A stretch of 64,000 bases of DNA from Eremomyces bilateralis CBS 781.70. Taxonomy: Eukaryota. The translations under genes were made by a program, and so were the position numbers. The stretch lies in the NCBI GenBank assembly GCA_010015585.1, contig ML975149.1; one strand, written 5' to 3'. The notes under the pieces are model-generated. The model saw nothing but the letters and a program-made list of their open reading frames with translations. It had not been told where the DNA came from and did no database searches. This document shows positions 38,531 through 51,194 of the stretch, one piece after another; the stretch's first letter is position 1, and each line of letters opens with the position of its first letter.

Positions 38531-39870
38531 ACAGAGAGCAGCAGTTCTCAGACACATCATGAGGATATCCATCAGCCTACGGGCGCAAAAATTTGGTGTC
38601 GTTGTCAGCGGAGTTTTATCATTGGTTTCGAACCCTTTCCACTTTCCCAATGTTTCACATCATGTTCAAGACGGAGATCGACTCGAAGTGATGTAGTCAC
38701 TTCTACGAGATAGCCTGGCCAGCGTCTTGTGGATTGTGCTCTACTAACCGAAGGTATCTCAACCAATCCTTTTCCTCTTTTCCCGCTTTCACAGTTTGTG
38801 GATTCTTGTGAGCAAATTCCCTTTTTACCGAGAGCTCTCTTGGGGTAGAAGGTGTATGTCTGGTCGGATTTTGGGTTATCTCTTCATGGGTGGGAGTTTG
38901 GAGGGATGGAGCTTGGTCGACGCCTGATTGTTTTCAACTTGCATTGTCTCCTTGCTTCGAGAAAGTCCACCTTTTGCTGATCTCGAGTGCCTCCCGGGGA
39001 TGATGGCCTAGGAGGAGTGTGTGCTCGGTCGGACAGCTTCGAGTTCCTTCTTCAGGGGTGGGAGCTTGGAGAGGTTGAAGTTGGCTGGTGAGCGCGCCTG
39101 ACTTGGCTGGTTACTGGCGAGACTGCGAAGGTCGGGTATCAGCGAGTGGATGTGAGAAGATTCGGCGAAGGGCAGAGATGTGAGAGACTGGGCGATGGAG
39201 GAAAATCCTGGTTTCTGCGATAGTGTGTCATGGTTCGGAATCATCATGGGGATTGACAGAGACACATGGACACGATATACAGGCAGATTCGGGTTTCGCA
39301 ATTGTTTTTATGGTTCGAAGATCTTGGGGATCGGATATAATTCAGCACTCTGTATATGATACCCACAGCCGAGCTCTAGGCAAGATGAGCATTTGATCAA
39401 ATATGGAGAGTCGCTCTATTCTATCCAAGTTCGTTTATCCCAAATTCGCTTAATAACTCGACTCACTCGCCAAAACCACATTCAGCAAATCGCTTGTCTT
39501 ATTATGGTGTACCAATTCCATCCATCGAATACCGATCACCCAGATGATATGGAACTGTATGGCGGTATGATCGCTCCTGGGCACCTCTCCGGAATCTCTC
39601 TTGGACTTGGTTCGTTGCTTCATGGCTCCTTCAGTGGCTCCTGGCTTGGATCTCGGGCAGCTAAAGAGGGAACTTTCGACGCACGCGTACCAGAAAGGGC
39701 ATCACGACCATGACACACAGCTGAGACACGGTGATTGTAGGAACTTCGACGATGCTTATGTCTACCGGTTTCGAAGATTCATCGCTAACCGTTGGCATAT
39801 CAGGCACCCCCAACTCATCCATCGTTTATCATAACCCTATTCTCTCGCTAAAGATCAATTAATATCCAGC

Positions 39871-41388
39871 ATGCCCAACCGAAGCCAACCGTCCCACGCA
39901 GGCTACAGGTATCATCAGTCGACCGCCCTCAATATCCACGCGAGCGATTGCCTTGACTGCCGCGTCAAGTTCTGGCAACTCGAATGCGCCCAACAAGAAG
40001 AAAAGGCCGAGAAAGGAAGCGCGAAAGCCAAGATCGTTCGATGGTTGCAGCGGGTTGAAGACAATGCCAATCCTCAAAAAGCATGGGACGCTTTCGGGAG
40101 ATGGGAAACCCCTCTCTTGACAGCACCGGATTCACCATCTCTTTCTGTCATTCTGAAGAGACGCCATTCCAAGCTATCTAAAGGTAGACCGGGCTCGCAC
40201 CAAGATGAGCTATTGATATTTCCAAGGTTACGAAGCGACAGGAACTCGCTGCGATCGAAGCCCTCAGATGGTAGCATCGGCACTACAGGCGGGTCAACAC
40301 AGCCAGGCTCGACATATCGGGCCTCATCGTCAGCAACATCGTCTGAAGCGCAAGAGAAATATGGGGAGCCGCCTCAAATGCGACATCGTTCAGTCCGCGC
40401 CCTACAAGCCGCTCCCAGCGACCCGACAGAGTCACCGGATTCAGAACTGATGCTTCGCACTCCGGAAGACCACCATCATTGGCGAAGTCTCAGAGCGGTC
40501 GACTGTAGCTCCAGCAACAGTGTGAGATACAGCAATCGCAAGCGGAGGCCGATGGAGAGAGACGGCGACGCAACGGGTACCACCAAGCCGGGTCGATTCG
40601 TCATGTCGCAGATCAAGTGGGCTCTTATCAACCTGAGAGTCTGTCAAACGACGGATCTCACGATGTCCTTGCCCGAAGTTTCAAGAAAACGAGCACAGTA
40701 CGCCATGTGTTGGAATCCTTTGATAGGTGACATTCGCATCAAGAAGAACAGGTCAGGCCCGCCTCACCCCCGAAGGATACCACACCTCACCATAGGACTG
40801 CCGTTTATGAAATGGATCGAAGAGAGCGACATCCAATGGGACAAGCACCCGGAGCCTTGCGACTTAGAGACCGCGATGATGAAGCTACTTGAGATGGAGA
40901 CCAAGCCATCCTACGAGCCAGAAATCATCGACAGTTTCTACACCCACTGGATCCGCACCGAGGACATCGCGGCAGCGACCCGTGACGCGGCCGGGAGCTA
41001 CTTGCATGAACGATGCGTCCAGCAGGAGCAGCTCTGGCCCCACGATCTCTTCATCCCGACTGCGATCTATTTCCTCGCGCGGTACGTTCCGCAAGTCCAG
41101 CTGGAGGTGCAGTTCCAGGACGCCGTGGTGGCGATGTTGGATGATCTGCCACGGTTCGTCGGTCGGATCGCGCTGCCTTGGGCGTGGCATCGCGCCCGAC
41201 TACCGAAGGACGAGCATTGGAGGAAGGATATCCGGTACTTTTTGCGCATCTTCAATGTGCTCTTCCGAGGCCATGATACCAGCTTTCAGACATATTTGAA
41301 TAAGGTGCTGGCAAAGGGGGCGTTGCGTGGACGGAGGGTTGGTTCCAGGCAGCGGCGACGGAACCGCTTTAGTATCAGAAGTTTGTAA
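39871..41388 (+). CDS. Hypothetical protein, 505 aa, no family recognised
   Basis: 1.5-kb open frame with an S/R-rich N-half and an apparently globular C-half showing coding-like codon bias. The true start is uncertain. Confidence 0.6.
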   Translation: MPNRSQPSHAGYRYHQSTALNIHASDCLDCRVKFWQLECAQQEEKAEKGSAKAKIVRWLQRVEDNANPQKAWDAFGRWETPLLTAPDSPSLSVILKRRHSKLSKGRPGSHQDELLIFPRLRSDRNSLRSKPSDGSIGTTGGSTQPGSTYRASSSATSSEAQEKYGEPPQMRHRSVRALQAAPSDPTESPDSELMLRTPEDHHHWRSLRAVDCSSSNSVRYSNRKRRPMERDGDATGTTKPGRFVMSQIKWALINLRVCQTTDLTMSLPEVSRKRAQYAMCWNPLIGDIRIKKNRSGPPHPRRIPHLTIGLPFMKWIEESDIQWDKHPEPCDLETAMMKLLEMETKPSYEPEIIDSFYTHWIRTEDIAAATRDAAGSYLHERCVQQEQLWPHDLFIPTAIYFLARYVPQVQLEVQFQDAVVAMLDDLPRFVGRIALPWAWHRARLPKDEHWRKDIRYFLRIFNVLFRGHDTSFQTYLNKVLAKGALRGRRVGSRQRRRNRFSIRSL

Positions 41389-41611
41389 CTTTAACATTCC
41401 TTTGGGTATATGCATGTATGGCCTTTATTCATTTGGGTATCTTGTTCATGTCTTCATCAAGCTCGGACAACCCGATCCGGTTAGAACAAGCCTTCGTCAA
41501 ATTTATCTTCATTCACCATGATTAGCCCTGTGTCTCTTCTTAGCCGGCTGCGTAAATCATCCCCTAATAGCGGAATGGGAATGGCTTCTGCCCGCAGGGT
41601 CATGATTTTGA

Positions 41612-43488
41612 TCATCTACTCAGTGCTTTCTCCCTGATTCCCCACACTGCTACAGCGGCAAAGGAACCGAAAACCACTTGACAAGCCAAGGCATTTCTGC
41701 TAGCAAGCGCAAAGCACTGTCTGACGACTGCCCGGAACTCCGGGTCGAGCTTCGCAATGGTATCCAGACTCTGCCGGATCATAGCGGCAAGCTGAGCCGG
41801 ATCCACATCAGGGGGTGCAGCGCCGGGGTGCTCGGCGATCGCCCGAGCGATGTACGTTCGGAGCGACGCGTTCGCTACGGTCGATGCGAGGGAAAGGCCG
41901 AACACCGAGCCGAGACTTCGGAACAGATACGAGCATGCAGTCACCACGGCCTGGGAGGATGGCGGAGCGTTTGCAATCAACCCGATCAGGGTGGTTGTGA
42001 CGGTGACGCCATGCGGAAACGCACAGATGGAGAGGCTGACAATGATGCCAATGGAGCGAATGAGGGGGGTGGTCTGGATGACACCGAGGAAGAGCACGAT
42101 GGAGATCAGCGCGAAGACTGGCGTAGTAGCGGAAACCACGGTGATCTTGAAGTATCGTCCGGTTCGCTGCATGTAGAAGCCTCCCACAAGGCTCCCGGAG
42201 ACCACACATACTATGACGGGAATCAGCATCACGCCGGCTTGGGTCGCGGTAAACCCCAAGACGGCTTGGAGATAGAGCGGAACATAGAAGAGGGTAGCCA
42301 TCCATCCGCCATAGGCGAAGAAGTTGACCAGATAGCACGCAACGAGGCTGCGTTCGAAGATGATGTGTCCCGGTGCAAAGGGTTCCGCCGCAACTCGCAT
42401 CTCGACATAGAGGAAAATGCCCGCTAGGGGCACACACAGCGCCAGTGCAGTGATGGTGTACTTGTCAGCCCAGGCAACGTTACTGCCCCTGTCCAATCCC
42501 AGCATCATGAAGAAGACAGCCAGGACTAAGAAGGTGGCTCCGAGAAAATCAACTCTTTTCAGCTTTTCGGCCCAGTGCGAGTGATCCCGTGTCGGCGCCT
42601 TGAATGCAAACAGCACCGCGAAGAAAGCAATGAAGCACATGGGCCCCTGGATCAGGAAGCTCCATCGCCAGCCGATACTGTCGGCCAAGATGCCTCCCAG
42701 GGGCGCTCCCGCGGCCGAACCCGAAGCAAAGATGATGTTGATGTAGCCCTGCCACTTGCCACGTTCGCGCAAGGGCACGGTATCCGACAGGATGATGGAT
42801 ACCACTGTGACCATTCCTCCGCCTCCGATCCCGGCGAAGGCACGGGAGGCGATCAGCTCGGTCATGTTGCGCGAGAGGCCGCAGAAGAGGCAGCCGAGTC
42901 CGAAGACGACGTATGCGAAGAGAAGGCATGGCTTGCGGCCGAAGATATCGGACAGTTTTCCGTACAAGGGTTGGAACGAGGTGAGGGTCAGGAAGTATGC
43001 TGTGGCAATCCACGACGTGTTGTTCAGCGCATGGAGGTCAGTACCGATCTTTGGAGACGAAGTCACAATGATGGTTTGGTCGGCGGAAGCGAGGAACACC
43101 TGAATACCGGATTAATCGTGAATTCCTAGAGCCACATCTATATAATCGAACTTACTCCAATTGCAACAGCGGGCAAAAAGTACTTCATCTTCTTCTGAAG
43201 CTCCAGATCGCCTTGGAATTGCTTCAATCTACTGCTATCATTGCTTCTCTGACGTTCCAAATCATCGCCCCCTCCATTGGCATCCTGTTGGTTTCCAATC
43301 TCTTCCTCATCTCGCTCATAGAATGCATCTGCGCCCTCCGGAGCGAGACCAGCTCCCGGGTCGAATGTAGGTGCTATCAGCTCGCCATTGTTCTCTGATA
43401 GTACCTTGGGTAGAAGAGGTGAAGTCTCTGAGGCCTGACCATTGGACGAAGACATAACTTTTGGCTCTGCCCCGCTCGCAAATCGCAT
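41612..43488 (-). CDS. MFS transporter, DHA2/Vba-like (14 TM)
   Basis: Exon 1 (ATG 43488 or 43455 to 43156), intron 43155-43100. Motifs FLASADQTII, QPLYGKLSDIFGRK, RAFAGIGGGG and LRERGKWQG. N-terminal ETSPLL dileucine-type motif. Confidence 0.93.
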
Positions 43489-43911
43489 TGTATTAACGGA
43501 AAACAACTCGCTTGAACGTCCCAAGTTTGAAGCAGTGAGGCCACAAAGGAAATACCTAATTACCTGTATAGAGAAATCAATATTCAGACGACCCGCCCTG
43601 TCTCCCTTCTTTCTTTATTCTTATCGGTTCATCGGCATTTCCCCAAGCAAGAACCCCACCAGTTTAGGCAGCCTAAAGCCCTGAAGCCTCAAGAATCCGG
43701 TGGCGACCTGCAGCTTGCAAAATCTAGCTCCTCCAGTCACCTCTGTCAACTCCTCTTTAGTCCTTCACCGCCAACGCAGTGTAGCGACTAACTGACTAAC
43801 TTATCCCAACCCTCCGAGCATCCAATTAGGCACAAGATCACTTGCCTCAGCACCACCCAAGGAAGATACGTTTCTGCAAGAGACAGCTCGCGATCTTTAG
43901 CGCCAATCGCA

Positions 43912-44544
43912 ATGGCAGCAGACACGACTTCATCGACACCTTTCCAGACGGCATTAGAGCTCATCGATGGCGCTCACAGCCTCGACCCTCGCAAAGTCGA
44001 CCATGAGGGGGATGAAGTAGCATATGAGCTCGTCTATTCGCGCAAAATGACGCACTTCCTCTCCCAATTGCGCCCTTCCCTCGACGACGTTCCAGAGACA
44101 CTCCGCCTCGCCATCCGCGCCCAGCACTTCCGTCGCTGGGAGGTCCCGCGATCCTCCTACCCGATGACAAGAGTGGGATACCACTCGTGGCGAACGTTCT
44201 TGAAGAAGCGGCAAGCCGAACTGGTCAGTCGACTCTGCGTGGAGGCGGGATACGGCGAAGCGGATGCGGAGAGGGTGGCGGCGTTGATACGGAAGGAAGA
44301 TCTGAAGAGCGATGCGGACACACAGTTGCTGGAGGATGTGGCATGTCTGGTGTTCCTCGAAGACAAATTCGAGGAGTTCAAGAATGGGTACGATAAGGAA
44401 GGAGGAGACGATAAGGTTGTCGACATCCTACGGAAGACGTGGGCAAAGATGTCGGTAGAGGGCAGAACAGTTGCACAAGAGTTGGCCACGGGGATGTCGG
44501 AGGATGCGCAGCGGCTTCTAAAACGGGCCCTTGATGGAACATGA
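43912..44544 (+). CDS. DUF4202-family protein
   Basis: Intronless, 210 aa. Motifs IDGAHSLDP, YELVYS, RAQHFRRWEVPRSSYP..GYHSWR, LEDVACLVFL and ILRKTWAKMS. Confidence 0.85.
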   Translation: MAADTTSSTPFQTALELIDGAHSLDPRKVDHEGDEVAYELVYSRKMTHFLSQLRPSLDDVPETLRLAIRAQHFRRWEVPRSSYPMTRVGYHSWRTFLKKRQAELVSRLCVEAGYGEADAERVAALIRKEDLKSDADTQLLEDVACLVFLEDKFEEFKNGYDKEGGDDKVVDILRKTWAKMSVEGRTVAQELATGMSEDAQRLLKRALDGT

Positions 44545-44686
44545 AACAACTCGAGACATCAATTCACATTATTGATATTAATCATTATATCCAGATATCC
44601 ATTTGTGATACCCGAGTACATTCGTAGTTGACAGTCTTCACCAAAGATTGGTATTGGGACTGATGGGAGACGCTTAGCAACCCCCA

Positions 44687-44914
44687 TCATGCGCCACCTT
44701 CCCGCTTCGCATATTCCTCTTCAATCCGTTCCTCGTACAACTTCTCGGCCGCACGTTCAACCTCGCTCTTTGATGCCTGTGAGCTCTGTGCCGTGTTCGA
44801 TGCGGATTTGGGATCTTGCTGGGCTTGGGTTTTCAGGTTGTCAATGGCCTTGGCGACGCCCTCCCGTGTCTCGGAGGTCGAGGGTTTTTCCATGGTCTTC
44901 TTCGGCAGACCCAT
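44687..44914 (-). CDS. Small conserved fungal protein (75 aa)
   Basis: ATG in a CAACATG context, hydrophilic sequence. I recognise the C-terminus AEKLYEERIEEEYAKREGGA from small fungal proteins of unknown function. Confidence 0.75.
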   Translation of the reverse strand: MGLPKKTMEKPSTSETREGVAKAIDNLKTQAQQDPKSASNTAQSSQASKSEVERAAEKLYEERIEEEYAKREGGA

Positions 44915-46146
44915 GTTGATCGTGTGTTTGGGATGTATCGTTTGAAGGGATAAGAGAATAGATGTTTAGTAGTCAGGGTTAGACTTCAATAGTTGATGTA
45001 TATTGTCTATAACTGAATCAGCACCGGAGTTCAAAGGTATTTAAACAGTCATGACTGCTTGATGATACTGGATATGATGACGTAAACTGTGGCTGAGTGT
45101 GGCGATGTCATTTTCCACGTGACCGACTAGATGCGCCGAAACCAATCGACAAACTTCTAGCCTCCTTGGTTTCCATTGCGACAACGATGGTTGGGCCGAT
45201 CGAGCTTTGGAGCAACTGGCGTCTGAATTGCATATGTACCATGTTTATATATCAGCCGCTAGTGTTAGTGTATCTTTGATGACGAGGATGATAACTCAAT
45301 GAAAAGTCTATCGAAACTCGGCTTCAAGTGATCCTGCCTCCACTCTGGCATATCCCGTCTTTTGGAACATGACCGTGGTAACTAACTAGATATCAACCTC
45401 ACACATTGCTCCTCTTCTTCGGATTCGCCGTGTCCTATCATCATCAACCCATTCTACCCTTATCTAAACTAATTGCGGTAATTTGGTATATCCGGGCATG
45501 TTCGTACTCCAGCGGGATTTCCGTCGACTCTCCTCATCCCTGTGACTGTTGAGTCCCTATTCTACATATATTGATCCTGCCTTTGAATGCTGAAGCAAGA
45601 CTGTCAAGTATCGGCCGCTCGGAAATTATTTGTGAATTTCCTTTCGTCTTCCGGATATGTTATGTGTACAATTCTTGGTTCTAACCATTGGGCTCTCCAC
45701 CACAATGGGTGGCGCGAAGGTAAAAACGATCGAGGCAGGCTAGTAAACCTGACATGGACTGTCCAGCGTGTCATGGATAGCTAAGCCGGCTAAGTTGATG
45801 AACACCGGGATCTTGCATGAACCTCGGCCAGGAATAGTCCAGGATGATACCTGGGCCTGTCATACAACATTTAGAGCGGCTCACGATCTCACATGCGCTC
45901 AGGATAAGCTGTTCATCCAAATGAACCACCTAGTGGCGGAAACTGATAGGCCCTATGAGCACTTCAACCGGATATAGGATGGTTTCATGGCTCGCTATTA
46001 ATGGACACAAAAATAGCGGTTTCGCAGACTGGTTCTCTCATGTCATGAGATCATGTAGCATAAAATCACCCAGGTTTGCCCTGAGAGTATGGAAGGGGTT
46101 CATGATCACATCCTCAACCTATGCTAAGACTCTGTCATAATAAACG

Positions 46147-46872
46147 ATGAAGTACACTACTCTGATTCTCGGCCTTGCCGCCCATCTCATGTGAGTGCCC
46201 TTCTTGATCGCAAGGTTTCGCAACGAGGTCTCGGAGAAGGCTCTGACGACGGGTGGGGATATGAACGCAGGATAGAATGTAGAGTACTAACGAGATATCG
46301 CAGTTCCGCAAGCCCAGTCGCGAATGAACTCGGGCTAGAGAAACGTGGAATGGCCACCCCAACTTGCACGCTGCTTGTGTTCCAGTCCGCGGTCCCTTGA
46401 ACTGTCACAGCAACGACCTTCACATATACGTCTTTTACCAAATGCGGCGGGTTTTCGCTATGGACCGCGTATGAATCTTCGGATAAGTTTCCCATTATCT
46501 CGACGAGTTCTTCATCATCGCTTTTGTCTGCCGCGCATCTTTATGGCTGTGTATAGAACGAGTGACCATTCGACTGCGCGGACCCTCGCTTTCAGAATAG
46601 TTTGAGCCCTCCTATCCTGATACTAACAACCATCTCTTTCTATGCAGACATCATGTGCGTCCACGACCACAAACCCGGGCTTCACGGTCTCTACCAAAAT
46701 GGTGTGCGAGGAATCGGCTCCAACGGGGACGGTTATTGGCGATGGCACTGCCGGTCTCGGTAGAGTGACCGGTGGCCTAATATTCTTCCCCGTTACGACT
46801 GGTAGGGCTGGGAAACCAACAGCAGGTCCAACTGGACTTGGAAAATTCAGTGTCAGCGTCACGGTTGACTAG
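46147..46872 (+). pseudogene. Small secreted Cys/Thr-rich protein with a premature TGA (probable pseudogene)
   Basis: Exon 46147-46190, intron 46191-46303, giving MKYTTLILGLAAHLISASPVANELGLEKR (signal peptide plus Kex2-like site). TGA at 46398-46400, then in-frame TVTATTFTYTSFTKCGG. A further exon follows ACTAAC..TGCAG (TSCASTTT..MVC). Confidence 0.6.
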
Positions 46873-47013
46873 GCGGCCAGGTGTCGCAGGTATCGATAGG
46901 ACCAACCTAGCAGGTGTCTCACCAGGTGATGGGCTCGACATGATGTTTTTTCATGGCGTCGTGGCTGGAATGCAAAGACCTTGTTCCAACGGGAATCATA
47001 TGTTGAAACCTCG

Positions 47014-47645
47014 TCATTGTTGGCCCATGACTGTGAACCGTAACACCTGCTCCAAAGACATTCCGGGGACGGTGGTTTGCTGCTGCTGCGCTTCTCCAGC
47101 CCGAGTTTCATCCGCGTCCGCCATTTCCTCATCTTCTTCCTCTTCATCCTCCTCATCGGGCATAAGGACCTCCTTGGCAACCTCGTTCGCGGCCGGCCCA
47201 GCCCAGTCCCACAATTCTTCAAGCATCGAATCGTTGAAACCTTGTGTCGAATCTCCCTCACCGAGTGGTGCGCCGTCTGTCTCTTTTGACATGGACGTAA
47301 TCCAATCCTCAACTTTCGGGTCAAGCTTCTTGCGTAGCAGTTGCTGCAGCATCATCTCTTCTGTGCGTCCCGGGAACTTTGACGCAGGGTACACGTGCAT
47401 AGAATTCAGCACTTGCGCCTGCAGGGCAGGTCTTAGAGATGTCAACGGATTTGTGAGGAGCTGGACTGTTCTAAGAATTGCCGGCCTAAAATCGAATTTC
47501 GTCAGCAAATCGCATTTTTGATATAGGATGTTAATGGTGATCACCATGGCGGCAGAGTCTCTGCATTTTCGATGCTTCTGATGAGATCGTTGAGCGAGGT
47601 TCCGATTTGGACCAGGCGCTGGCGAATTTTCTCCGCGTCGTTCAT
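47014..47645 (-). CDS. MED8: Mediator complex subunit 8
   Basis: MNDAEKIRQRLVQIGTSL..ETLPPW; intron 47544-47486; HVYPASKFPGRTEEMMLQQLLRKKLDPKVEDW, ELWDWA, acidic tract, MSLEQVLRF. Confidence 0.9.
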
Positions 47646-48416
47646 CGTGCTACAAGAAGAAGCACCGGCGGAAGGTTTTAATGGAGTCGAAGATGCAGAC
47701 TAAAATGACTATGGCGACGCAAATGCCGAGCCAGATGAATGATGGGGATGGATAGCCACTTGGGGTGGTCGGCTGGATTGGTGAGATGAGGTGGAGGAAT
47801 TCGAAAAGGTTAAGCTTTGCAGGCTGGGAGGTCATGTTACTATTGTCGTTTAAAATGATAAAGTTGGCAATGGAGAGGTATCGATCGCTCGGAATAATTT
47901 CAATGATTATGGTAGGTCCCGTATCGACAAGAGACAAATACGGTGATACAATCCGAAGGAGATATTGACAGCAGCAAAGGCCCAGTTGCACTTACCTGTA
48001 TCTTCTAAAGCATAAATGCTGATATTGCATTGAGATTTGTCTTTAATACTGTATGTGGGGATAATGGACGGTTCGTTGATGAGCATGAAAGATTGAGTTG
48101 ATGCAAAGTCTGTGAAGTGAAGTTGAATGTGTTCTCTTCCTTGCGACATCTGACGATGCAGCACACACGATTTGTTCACTTCCATCTTGCTGTGACATCA
48201 AATCATCCATCAGATTTTACAGATTTATGAACATCCATTAGCTACTATCCTTTACTATTGTTCCAGCTAAGTAGTTCAAGGTTGAAAAAATCTTCCATAG
48301 AAGAATCATTCTTTACATTAATTGCCCTACGTATTTATCACCACATCGTCGACGAGTAGCAGTAATGGACCGCGCAATCACTTCATATTCCTTCAACCGT
48401 TTCACGCTATCACCTC

Positions 48417-50716
48417 TCAATGGCTTGCATTCCTTCTTTTTGCATCATCTACCGATCTTTGCCAATTACTGCAATAGAGGAAGATCCCCTCAACGATTGC
48501 AACTCTATCCAAGGGTCAGTCAAAAGCGGTAATGTAAGGGCATACTCAGGTAACCACTTACACGGCGAGCGCTATGGCCGGGCCAATCCATAGCCCGGGC
48601 AAGCCTAAACTAAACCCGAATCCAAGTCCAAATGAGATAGGGATGGCGATCTAACTTTGTCAGACTTATGATATATAGAGCTCACGTAAGACCTACCACA
48701 TAGTACGCAACCAGATTCACATACCCGCCAACATCTACATTCGGTCAGCTTGGTTCCGCAGGCGCAAACAAATCCATTCACCTTGTCTTCCGAGTCCCCT
48801 TAGCAAACCACTGCACATCGTTGCTACGGCGTCGAAAAGTTGGAAGGCTGCGCACACGGGGAGAACGTGGGAGACCAAGGAGGTGACATCGGGCTGGAGT
48901 TAGTATCAGCATCGTAATCCCAACACATTGAAGGCCTTCGGCTTGCGCACGTCGTTTGTGAAGAGCTTCGGTATATATTCCCGAAGCAATGAAAGCATGA
49001 CCATGTTGAAGCAGCCAACAACAGCAGCGGCGACCTAGAGATTGTTAGCAAATGTAATGATGGCATTCCACAATGGGCTTCTAGCTTACAAGAGAGACTT
49101 TCGCGGCCGTTTTAGCGGCATCGACCTGCATAGTCAGTAATATGTATGTAGATCGAGGATGAGATACTAACCAACGTCGCTCCAATCAGATTTGCCACTC
49201 TTGTAGAGGCCTTGTGAGTTCTCGTGTCAGAAGCGGGAACTGAGTTGTACAGGCTGGAGAGGATGCTTACTGAGATACTCAGTGGAAAGGGTAGCTGGAA
49301 TGCGAAGGCCGCCATCGTACTCAAGACAGACTGTGACGCCAGCTCCGTACTTCCAAACCAACTTGCTGCCAACGTTAAGATCTCGAACGCAAGCATCTCG
49401 GCCACCAGCATGATCAATCCAGGGATGGCAAGCTTGACCATCGGCCACCAGTTTGCAAACGCCCGCCGATCGAACCCTCCCCAACATTCCATGCCGTTCA
49501 CAAATCGAACGTAAAGGAATAGACACAGGGCCAGGCAATACTGGATGAACACCACAGCGATTGGTGCCCCAATGAAGCCCCAATCCAATTTCCACACGAG
49601 CAGCCAGTTCAGCAACACATTCAGCGGCGCGCAAATGAGCAATACCCATAGCGTGGCACTGAATAGCGCCTGGGCTTGGACGAACCGTTTACCGCTCTCG
49701 AACGCCGCATATGCCGGTGTGCCGAAGAGGACGACCTTGAGGTATAGACCGGCCAACTCCGCCGTCTCCCTTTCCGGTACAATGAGTTTGAGGATATGCG
49801 TTGCGCTCAACCAGATAGCGCCTATCGGAATCGTGACGCAGAGCAGAAAGAAGAACATCCTCTGCGTGTGTAATCCCACGAGCTTCTTCTTGCCCGCACC
49901 GTAGGCTTGCGGACACAGGGTGTCAAGGCTCGTGGCCAAGCCCTGGAATACGCAGTAGCCCGTGATGTTAGCGGTCATGGTGCCGAGACTGACTGCTCCC
50001 AGCTCGATCTTCCCCTTTCGACCGAGCGTGAAGATGGATGTCATCGGCAAGGAGTATTGTAGCATGAACGTGAGGATGAGAGACCGAGAGTACTGCCACA
50101 GCACCTGTGTCTCTCGCTGCCACGTTGTTGTAATCTTTCCCTCTGCTACTGCCTCCTCCCATCTCTTGTCAATGCTCTCGGAATCGTTGGACTCAAGATT
50201 CTCTTCTTGACGCCCTAGGAGAGGGGATTGCTCATTGGCGGAGGGTAGATTTTTAGGCGTTGTAGGCTCCTCGACGACCTTTATACCAGAGAGCTTAGGG
50301 AATGACTGTAAAAATCTCTCGCCAGCTTGCTGGATCGCGTTGCCCTCGCCTCCACTCCGGTCTTCCCTCGGCCCAATGCAATGGTTGTCGAGCAACAATT
50401 GGCGCTCTTCCGCGTGCATTAAGTGTCTTTCTCTCTCCGAGAGCCTGTGATTCACATGATCATCAATTGGTCCGCCTAAGCCCAGTGATCGTGGTCCCGA
50501 AGCCGCCATGCTGGGTCGCCGATAGCCCCCAGACAAGGAGCAGTCCAGATGAACGAAATCTTCTGAATCGTAGGCAACCGCATCTTCACAGCCTTCGGTC
50601 TCTGTCCACTCAATCGCATTTTCGACATCATTATCCGGGGAATTGGCTGCATTGTGCACTGTTGCTGGCGCCTCGTATGGCACAATATGGCCACCAGACC
50701 CGGTCTTTGAAGGCAT
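48417..50716 (-). CDS. MATE-family efflux transporter (Erc1-like)
   Basis: Motifs TTWQRE, ELGAVSLGTMTANITG, QGLATSLDTLCPQAYGA, ESGKRFVQAQ and AFEILTL. The 3' part is split by several short introns (STRVANLIGA, FQLFDA, GLLRGLGRQ, GLWIG) and ends RRNASH* at 48417. Start is approximate. Confidence 0.92.
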
Positions 50717-51194
50717 ATCGATCTCGGGAAAATCGTGGGGCAATGTGGTGCCCCGCAGCCGAGCTCGGGCACCAGTAAATCACTGCAGCCGATAACTGGA
50801 TGCAAAAAGAGGAGAGGTAATCCAAGACTTGGAGAGTAAGAGTTAATATACTGGTAGTCGCAAAAGAAGGTGTATATGGTTCAGTTATGCCGTCGTGCAG
50901 ATAACTAGCACAAGAAATATTAACCACTGACCATGATAGTAGCCATTAGGTAGTACGAACTACAGGGACATCCAACAGTCATACCTTAATAATCCGCATT
51001 ATTCCGTAGTCCGTACATGCACCGAAAAGAAAAAACCAGCAGCGAGCCATTGATGAGTGAACACCCTAACTTAATCAGGATTGGTCTGGATTTCTTGTTC
51101 TGCAGGCAGCGGGACCTGATGTCCACATTCTCTCACCACGCCCTTTGTGATTTCGATCTGAGGGGTTTGGGCATATCCAATTTCGGACACCACC

